The translations under genes were made by a program, and so were the position numbers. From Basidiobolus meristosporus CBS 931.73 (lineage: Eukaryota; Fungi; Basidiobolomycota): a stretch of DNA of 64,000 bases. Positions within the stretch are counted from its first letter, which is position 1, and every line of letters starts with the position of its first letter. The notes beneath the pieces were generated by a model. The model was not told the origin of the DNA. It searched no databases and was given only the letters and a program-made list of their open reading frames with translations. The DNA lies in contig MCFE01000222.1 in NCBI GenBank assembly GCA_002104905.1, forward strand, positions 1 to 64,000. Direction: 5' to 3'. This document shows positions 62,601-64,000 of this stretch, one piece after another.

Positions 62601-63411
62601 TGATCGGAGGCTGCGACGGTTTCACCTCTTTGATCGTCACACTGTTGCTATGCGCCTTGCTCTCATCGGTGATATGAATCAGTGGGATACTCTCGGTATC
62701 CCACCTGAGTTCAGATGCACTGTAAAGTATATCCATCTTATGTTGGATAAACCAACTCTCGCCAATGAGTAAGTCGTTGGCTGCGACGGGTAGGACCACG
62801 ACATCTTGGCGTATTATCAAGTTGCCTAGCCAAATGGGGCAATTAGGCACCACACCTACCGTTGTATCCAGTTGGTCATTTGCTAGCCGTACTCAAATGG
62901 TGTTGTTGGGGACTATATTTAGTTTTAGACATTTTGCTAATGACTCTGACATGATCAACATAGAGGATCCTGTGTCAATAAGGGCAAGAATCTCCTTATT
63001 CTCTATACGTACCTTTAAGTATGTACCTTTATTCGGTTTTTGCAGGACCGTCTGGTTGACATGGAGGGTTGTTATCTCCTTCAATCCCTCTATCAGTTCC
63101 TTGACTAGAGCCGGGGCCAGTCCCAGTAAATTGGTTATTGGGAGGGTTGCCTTGGTTTGCTCTAGTACCTTCATTATGGGGAATAGGCCATGGGAAGACG
63201 TGTTAGTGTTCTTTGTTTGCTTTAACACTTCTTCCCAAGGTTCATTCCGTACTTCTTCACCTAATTCCGCGCTCTTTCCTTTTGACGGAACCTCTACTAC
63301 AGGTTCCTTCGCCTCCTCTCTAGAAGCATCATGTTGACGCTTCTTCTTCCGCACTTTGATTGTCCTGACCAGAGGGCTTAGATTGACTGAGTCCCGTTGG
63401 CCTCCTGGCAA
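59635..63411 (-). pseudogene. pol: Gypsy-B pol (PR-RT-RH-IN) in one frame with three TGA stops
   Basis: LIDTGSS, FCIDYRKLN, YLDNI (YLDDI variant), CDGSLTGIGA, GHAN...CTTC, HPQTNGLTKR, GPY/F-like WIGP. No chromodomain. Stops at 62893, 60991 and 60970. Confidence 0.93.
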
Positions 63412-64000
63412 GGGACTCTGTCTTTTGACGCCTTCTTCTCTTTTGTGTCCGGTACGGCTTCTCTTCCGTACCGTTTTTCACATTCATGGGCCCGGTGACC
63501 TACTTCTCCACACACATAACACGGATACTGTTGTTGCGGTCGTTCCATCTGTTGGGTCAGGACTTGAACCTGGGCCTTTAGATCTACAACAGCTTCCCAG
63601 AGTTTATCACCTTCTTTGGGGACTTCTTGGACATTGTTGATTGAGAGTTCTTGGACCTTTCGCCGTAATTCCTCTAACTCACGGTCTTTTGGGGAGGCGA
63701 TTTTTCCTTTCTTACGGGGGATCCCTGTCCTTCGATCATTTGTATCACTATAGGGTAGCCCCCATAGCAAGATGACCCCTCGTACTCGTTTGACCAACTC
63801 TTGCAATGTTTTACATCCCTGTTGTTCTTCGGACGCCCTACGTCTTATTTCGTCATCTAAGCCCATGATGTAATACCTCATGAGCTGTTGTTTGGCGATT
63901 TTGTCCTTCGGGAGACATCAAACTCGTTGGAGAAACAGTTCAGTGTAGGCTTCATAGCTTTCACTGCTTTTCTTCCGCAAGGACAGTAGAAGGGCTTTGT
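63378..64000 (-). pseudogene. gag: Gypsy-B gag, C-terminal part
   Basis: CYVCGEVGHRAHEC zinc knuckle. In-frame TGA at 63918-63920. Confidence 0.88.

Larger units (their letters stand above)
57904..64000 (-). mobile_element. Gypsy-B young copy (3' LTR 57904-58291, ORF3, pol, gag running off the window)
   Basis: LTR is the reverse complement of 55382-55758 apart from small indels. Long conserved frames and abundant CpG. Confidence 0.93.

Noticed and set aside
62893-62895. TGA shared by both Gypsy-B copies (also 57154-57156) as a programmed stop
   Set aside because: It lies inside the protease domain, after DTG, where readthrough control makes little sense. Recurrent or inherited CGA>TGA is simpler.
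58336-64000. UGA recoding (alternative genetic code or readthrough), since every premature stop in young Gypsy-B is TGA
   Set aside because: The positions correspond to conserved Arg, and sister copies have CGA or CAA there. Trp is encoded by TGG, and the intact copia ORF ends in TGA.
1-64000. Classical RIP (CpA>TpA) as the main mutational process
   Set aside because: A few CAA>TAA and CAG>TAG changes exist, but the conspicuous loss is CpG and CpA/TpG remain abundant. RIP indices were not computed, so a minor contribution is not excluded.

Overview
Eukaryotic, probably fungal (inference), transposon-saturated DNA. I found no convincing host gene, RNA gene or CRISPR array. The window is a nest of at least five recognisable element families. 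(1) Copia-1: one intact Ty1/copia element at 22881-27566 with 369-bp LTRs differing at one base, a GATCA TSD and an unbroken 1305-aa Gag-Pol, plus a decayed copy. (2) Copia-2: several broken, rearranged copies. (3) Gypsy-A: three decayed Ty3/gypsy copies. (4) Gypsy-B: an old copy and a young copy; the young one carries an unexplained extra ORF of about 389 aa between integrase and the 3' LTR. (5) A two-gene PHIS (PIF/Harbinger-IS5-like) DNA transposon with 15-bp TIRs and an ATT TSD: one full copy at 41488-45746, several remnants and related ~700-bp foldback MITEs. Also present are solo LTRs of a further family (LTR-C), an unclassified repeat encoding a decayed helical protein, and a 1.2-kb insertion bounded by perfectly inverted 81-bp mini-LTRs, each followed by a PBS. 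Old copies have lost almost all CpG. Young copies are being inactivated by CGA>TGA changes, while the two ORFs that remain intact are CpG-poor (copia) or CpG-free (transposase). Boundaries of decayed remnants are approximate.
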